Source of the DNA: a virus
Virus record (IMG/VR): IMGVR_UViG_3300027852_000031
Coordinates: 102,380 to 166,379 of that record
Direction: 5' to 3' (one strand)
DNA length: 64,000 nucleotides
This document shows positions 58,773 through 64,000 of this stretch, piece after piece. Below the pieces are notes generated by a model. The model was not told where the DNA came from. It worked only from the letters and a program-made list of their open reading frames with translations, and ran no database searches. A program made the position numbers and the translations under genes. The stretch's first letter is position 1, and each line of letters begins with the position of its first letter.

Positions 58773-59045
58773 CTATCCCCACGTCCCATGGACTTCTGCT
58801 ACGTGCTCGATGCCGTCGTAATCTGCGATGGTGTATTTTATGTCGTCTGGAATTTCTACGACTTTCAAGCTAGCATATTTGCCGTTTGCCTTTTCTCCTA
58901 GTTGTTCTACGCATGCTACCAACCTGGGATCGTTCCTTGGCAGATCACTGTAGTGTCCATATCCATCCCATTCTAATCCAATGAATTCTACCCCTTCCTG
59001 ACTGAGACCGAATCCTCCGTAACATTTGTTTATTACGATTTTCAT
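58773..59045 (-). CDS. Small conserved phage protein
   Basis: KIVINKCYGGFGLS...RNDPRLV..VE.LG...VVEIPD...YDG.E. Confidence 0.65.
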   Translation of the reverse strand: MKIVINKCYGGFGLSQEGVEFIGLEWDGYGHYSDLPRNDPRLVACVEQLGEKANGKYASLKVVEIPDDIKYTIADYDGIEHVAEVHGTWG

Positions 59046-59152
59046 GATAGTCTCCAATACTGTTTTTGTTATGAGGGTGATCATTTTCGTGGTTTGGACC
59101 ACGCACTGCCATATTACATGTCGGACACTTTTTCCCTATAGTCAACTTTTTA

Positions 59153-59359
59153 TCATCGACCATCTGTGTCTTCTAAAATACCAACTATTCCATGTACATC
59201 TTTCCATTTCGCGGTACAGTTTAAGCATTCGACATCTTGAGTAAGAGGGTCATCAAAGTGCATATGCTGACCTTCGATGTCATTAGATTTACAATATGGG
59301 CAGTGGTGCGGCGATCTTATGTAGTTAACCCTGTCTTTTTTTGATAATTGGTGCATCAT
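59153..59359 (-). CDS. Zinc-ribbon protein
   Basis: CPYC...CLNC. Confidence 0.55.
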   Translation of the reverse strand: MMHQLSKKDRVNYIRSPHHCPYCKSNDIEGQHMHFDDPLTQDVECLNCTAKWKDVHGIVGILEDTDGR

Positions 59360-59938
59360 TCGTTCCTGTGTTTGATTTTTGTCTGTGGTAGAAAACAGTT
59401 TCTTTTTTCGACAGTTTCAGTGTATCCAATCACAAACATTTTGTCTATAAACTATTCGTCTACCTGTATATAGCCGCTAGATTTTGATGGCCATTCGCCT
59501 GCGTGATACCCACAGCATGACCCATAAGTCATGATATTCTGATCCCAGAGCCACATTAGTTCCAGACCGAGACAGATATCGAAGCAAATCCATTTGCCAT
59601 TTGAGAAAAATGGGTCACAATCTGCATGTTTCGATGGGCGCACCCAGACTACTACAAAAAAAACCCCCGGAAGTCTCTAAAAAACCACAGGACAGTTTTT
59701 GAGGATGGAGAGTAGTTTTGTTGGGGTGATAACTAGTAGTACTTGACCATGATGAAAAAAGTGTCCCCACCTTCTTCTGCGGTGGTTACTTGCATCGACT
59801 CGCCCCAGCCACTACAATCGACCTCCACTTCCAGGTCGTCAGGGCATTGTGCTAAAATGTCCTTCAATTCCTTGACTGTCATTTTATATCTCCTGCCGAC
59901 GCGCCACAAAATTGACAAGCCAACCCACCAGACTTGCC

Positions 59939-60030
59939 GTTGAATCTACTCTAAGATTGTGGACGATCGGCACGGCTCGGACTCTTCTCATGGTCCTTTA
60001 CTGACTCGTCTACCTCGAATACGATTCAAC
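59939..60030 (-). ncRNA. Candidate structured RNA A
   Basis: GTTGAATC/GATTCAAC closing stem with nested stems; G-U pairs favour minus strand. Confidence 0.45.
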
Positions 60031-60096
60031 TTCCCTCGGCTACATGGACCGTAGCATCATAAGCCCACATATTGACCGTCCCATATAATATAAAAT

Positions 60097-60223
60097 GTCT
60101 GAAGTCTAGCTGGATTTCCTACCAGCGCCTGCTCTGCACAAGTGGGTGGACTATTCCCTCAAATCGTCCGTTAGACGCCTTACGGCTTACTCTCAACCCC
60201 TACTAGAAGGGTAGACTCCAGAC
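60097..60223 (-). ncRNA. Candidate structured RNA B (multibranch, 12-bp closing stem)
   Basis: GTCTGGAGTCTA/TAGACTTCAGAC enclosing four hairpins. Confidence 0.55.
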
Positions 60224-60483
60224 GGATTAAGGCGGGAATCCCCGCCGGATTAACCTGACAAGTCGATGAGTCGAATGGTAACATCTACATAGAGAAGATC
60301 GTCACCATGTTTCTTTTTAAGCATGTTACTAATCTCAATAGCATTACAGAGACTGTCCACGACCTGCAGTTTGGTTTTCGGGTCGCTAACAGGAATGTCT
60401 GATGGCCAATAAGACCACGTTAACAGCATTTTACCTCTTGTTGCAGCTGACATATCTTCTCCGTTATGGTCGTGGTTAGATAT

Positions 60484-60591
60484 TGACGTAGACTATTCAC
60501 TGACACCGTAGGCTCATTACCGATTCAATAGGGTCGTTGCCGTACCCGTATCGGTTGCTCTCCCTTGTTTTCCAGCTACCTTTCTACGTCA
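60484..60591 (-). ncRNA. Candidate structured RNA C
   Basis: TGACGTAGA/TCTACGTCA closing stem; ACCGAT/ATCGGT, GGGT/ACCC, GCAA tetraloop. Confidence 0.5.
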
Positions 60592-60596
60592 TTAAA

Positions 60597-60677
60597 TGGA
60601 TCGGGTTGGATTCGAACCAACGCACTCACATTGATCAAGGCGCGCTGCAATGCTCTACCTGGCTGAGCTACCGATCC
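60597..60677 (-). ncRNA. tRNA-like RNA with non-canonical expanded anticodon loop
   Basis: Perfect acceptor, D and T arms; anticodon loop about 15 nt. Confidence 0.75.
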
Positions 60678-61537
60678 GGTTCGCTTGGTCTACGAAATAT
60701 CATGTGACCTGGCTTACTATACATCTTCCCAATTCTTTGCCCTGGATATCAAATCAAATGAACGTAAAGGGCTACGGTTTGATTTTTTCGTGACGAATAT
60801 TTCTTGATTCATGAATGTCTCGTTGAGCCTGAATTCTTTTGGGAGTAGAACTTAGAGTTCTCTGCCAGTATCGGGGTTATTTTTACATCTAAATTGCATT
60901 TTGTACCTCCATGATTAACCAGTCGCCCCAAGGCTGAACACTACAATAAACCACAAAATCATCAGACAAAACCACCAACTGGCTTTAATCCACTTCATTG
61001 GGTATCTCCCGTGATAATTCGGAGGGATTGATAAGTTCCACGTCGAATTGGCGTCCTGATTATACCAGACACAGATCGGCATCATTCTACCTTCTAAGTC
61101 GATTAAATCGCGCGCCGTTGAGTCGTTTAAACCTTTCTTCTGGCGTATTGCTGTCAATTCTAGTAGGCTGATTTTTGCCGTTCTGTCGGTACCAGACGAC
61201 GATACCGCCCCTCTCTGGAAATCCGATTATACCGTTGTCCTTGTGGTAATATCCGGATGAGCCGTGTTGTTTCATTAACACTTCAATGTGGTCCAGATAG
61301 TCCATCAGGATTGCCGATGCTTGTGATGGTGTCAAACCACAGTCGATTAGATCCTGTCTGGTTATGTCGCTGATGTCTATTTCCATAGCACTGATATACC
61401 CCGTTGCTATTGTGTTGGGTAATGGTACACCAGTTTTCACCCTCCACGGGAATGCTTTGGCTATACTTATCACCAATGGATCGTCTATTCTAAGTCTGAG
61501 AGTGTTTGTTCCGGACATTAATTTCTTAAGCTCCAAT

Positions 61538-61816
61538 TCATCCGAATATGGATCTAAGATTGTCGTCTCGTTGGTCTCGCAAGGATTTGTCGACACTATC
61601 GAGTTGGTGCGGTTGTTCGTGGGGAGAAATAATAATCCAGTCCATACCGTTTGACAGATAACATACTCTCGTTTCACTCTTGATCCAGACACAATTTTGA
61701 ATACTACTACCCAGGTGTACAGCCGGACATTCCGTGACCGTGAACCGTTCCCCTTCACCCATTGCCCATCCGCCTGTTATTTCTATAACGTCTCCCGGCT
61801 TGGGTTTTATTGCCAT
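61538..61816 (-). CDS. KPKPGD-domain family protein
   Basis: KPKPGDVIEITGGW shared with 62661 and 63239 ORFs. Confidence 0.65.
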   Translation of the reverse strand: MAIKPKPGDVIEITGGWAMGEGERFTVTECPAVHLGSSIQNCVWIKSETRVCYLSNGMDWIIISPHEQPHQLDSVDKSLRDQRDDNLRSIFG

Positions 61817-62660
61817 TTTATATTCTTATTTAGTGATAAGACGATGAATTAAGATATTTCTGAAAGGATATCACGTAGAGGAATCCATCGAATAATATCG
61901 TCTAGGTTGTACATATCTCGGCCCGCCTGAGTCCATACGGGGTCAAATTCTCCCAGTTCACAGTATCTGACGTATCCTAAGAACGTGTGGCCGATGCGGT
62001 CTTGACACAACACCAGACCACTTACTAGAAGGGACATATCAGCGACGGCTGGCATCGCAGCATCTGTCGTTATCCACTTCATTCGGTACTCCTGGACCGT
62101 TCTTTAGATGTTTACGCGTCATCCCCGAGAGTTTCGTGATATTTCCTATCGCACGACGCACAAAGGTCGATATAGGGGTTATTTTCGATATTCCCGTCTA
62201 ACCTTGGCGTGTTTACGATGGCTGGCAACCCGCATAGTTCACATGGTGGACGTTCGAAAACTTCGGCTTTTCCGTCTAAACCGATCTGCGCCGTCGGATA
62301 GAATCCGGCAGCTTCAGGGTTGGAGATATCATCTAATGCATCTAAATCTTCGTTTGTGACGCCCCAACGTGGGTCTTCTGACATTTTGTGTTCCATTTAG
62401 TTACACTACAACATCCTCATCAAATCATAGACGACAGAAATGTTGAACTTCTCTTCGAACCACAGCCAAATTTCATCACAATCTGTGCTTTTCGGGAATT
62501 CATCCCATCTCTTGGTGGTCTTCCTGTCGTTCGTTAGAGGTACATTCCCAAAGTTTTTCCACAACTTTCTGGCTGTTTCTAGATTGTTCTGAAATTCTTG
62601 TCTGGTTAAATCCTCCATTTTATACCTCTTTGTATCGTATGACGGTGATAGTCGTTTACA

Positions 62661-63179
62661 CTACGTTCTGTTATCAACGATTTCCCACTGGGCTGGATCT
62701 ACCAGGTAATTGCTTATTCCGCCCATGTTGATCCAGATTTTATTCCGGAAATAGTCTCCGGTATAATCTACAGGACACGCCACTACACAGAACAAATGGC
62801 CTTCTTTCCCATCCCATCCACCAGTTATCCTGATTATATCACCCGGCTTTGGTTTACTGTCTGGTCGCCTCATCGTTCCGCGACAGAAACCACATGCGCC
62901 GCATGTTTGTCCTTTGACGCCCCATCCGATATGTCCACACGCGTCACACATGCACTTTTCTTTTTCGTCCCCTATCGTGCTGATTTCGTCCGTTATCTGT
63001 CTTATGGTTATTGGGCCGATAGGACACGCTCCAACTGAATGGAAAAACCAAAACTTGGAAATTTGACAATACTTTAAATTGCCGAGGAATCGTCTTTCGG
63101 TGTCATCTGTGACGATATCCATCGTATATGAGTCAGTTTTTTCGAAGATGACACGTGAGTTCACATATATCTCGGGCAT
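62661..63179 (-). CDS. DDTERR + Zn-ribbon + KPKPGD-domain protein
   Basis: Shares modules with neighbours. Confidence 0.7.
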   Translation of the reverse strand: MPEIYVNSRVIFEKTDSYTMDIVTDDTERRFLGNLKYCQISKFWFFHSVGACPIGPITIRQITDEISTIGDEKEKCMCDACGHIGWGVKGQTCGACGFCRGTMRRPDSKPKPGDIIRITGGWDGKEGHLFCVVACPVDYTGDYFRNKIWINMGGISNYLVDPAQWEIVDNRT

Positions 63180-63238
63180 AGTTCAATCCCTCTGCAAACC
63201 AATAAGACAAACTTACTATCAGATTCTGATTGACCATA

Positions 63239-63781
63239 CTATTCGTTGGTGTTGATAACCTTCCACCCGATTGTTTTCCCAATGTATCTGGCCATGTCTT
63301 TCATGTTGATCCAGATTTTATCTTGGAAATAACCTCCCTGGTGAGACAAAGGACACTCTATAACGCGAAACACGCTATCTTGTTCTTCTGGCCATCCACG
63401 AACTATTTGAATCAGGTCGCCCGGCTTCGGTTTCTGTGACGACCCCGAAATAGGATCCTTCCGCTATCTCATCGTCTCTTGACACCTAACAACAGCGCCA
63501 CATTTTGCTCCGTCAGCCAACAGAGCCATCGAGCGACCGCAAACGTTGCAAGTGGTGTTGTAACTTGCCTTATTCATATCTGTGATCTTGTCGGCTACTT
63601 GACTGATGACGTGTGGAGTAATCCCGCACAGAGGCATCGTGCGAAAGAACCAGTGTCCAGCATTACAGCTATACTCGATACTACCAATTAGACGCCGTTC
63701 GGTATCGTCAGACAAAACCTGACAATAGTGTTCATCACGATCAGAGAATGTCACTGCCGTCGTGATATAATTGTCGTTCAT
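63239..63781 (-). pseudogene. Tandem paralogue of 62661-63179 split by in-frame TAG
   Basis: ETMR*RKDPISGSSQKPKPGDLIQIVRGW...KIWINM; TAG at 63464-63466. Confidence 0.75.
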
Positions 63782-64000
63782 GGTTCGATTCCCTTGTTTG
63801 CATTACAAGACGATAACTTTTTCCATCACAGGACGTTGGCTACAAGATTCAAGATTTTGTAGGTGGTTTTTTATACCTATTGCCCACTCACCCACTTAGA
63901 CCCACTCGTCACCACTACCACCCACTAATAGTACCAAAATCGTATATACAGACACACAAATGGTAAGCTGGACTATGCTGGAAGGCGCCGATGCAGTACG

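Noticed and set aside
50584-60677. tRNA-associated HDV-like (theta) ribozymes
   Set aside because: Sequences directly 3' of the tRNAs do not show the HDV nested double-pseudoknot pattern by eye
61087-61758. 223-aa ORF as listed in the track
   Set aside because: Its 5' part overlaps the better-supported 61538-61816 gene; the real gene probably starts near MSGTNT (about 61518), function unknown
35132-63466. Stop-codon reassignment (alternative genetic code) suggested by in-frame stops
   Set aside because: The three cases use three different stops (TAA, TGA, TAG), long genes are intact in code 11, all three codons end normal genes, and no suppressor tRNA was found
135-63691. Numerous plus-strand ORFs in the track
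   Set aside because: They are antisense shadows of motif-bearing minus-strand genes with no recognisable motifs; only 43823-44017 was kept

Overview
Almost every gene in this window lies on the minus strand, densely packed and often translationally coupled. It reads as part of a large (probably jumbo) dsDNA bacteriophage genome; I see no ribosomal or virion structural genes. Order from left: (1) glycan-modification cluster (sulfotransferase, methyltransferases, HldE-type heptose kinase, GT9 and GT2 glycosyltransferases); (2) replication, recombination and nucleotide module (C-terminally truncated DnaE, primase, DnaB with intein, RecA with intein, RNase H, NrdJ with intein, ThyX, dCMP deaminase); (3) host-like genes (sigma factor, ClpP, XerD, peptide deformylase, orphan BrxL-like ATPase, histone-fold protein, IMPDH/GMP reductase); (4) a Ycf46-type AAA ATPase / DUF3150 / DUF1257 / DUF2997 module; (5) a complete four-gene ubiquitin-like conjugation operon (Ubl, E2 with a long CxxC-repeat tail, JAB isopeptidase, ThiF/E1) at 44898-48028, the strongest candidate for an undescribed system; (6) a small-ORF region with five tRNAs reading AU-rich codons (including the rare Ile-UAU), a tRNA-like RNA with an expanded anticodon loop, and several unexplained structured non-coding elements. 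The DnaB and RecA inteins are clear paralogues in Walker A motifs of different host proteins. One HNH endonuclease family appears in four states of decay or domestication. All family calls are from motif recognition by eye, not database searches. A Planctomycetota-like host is only an inference.
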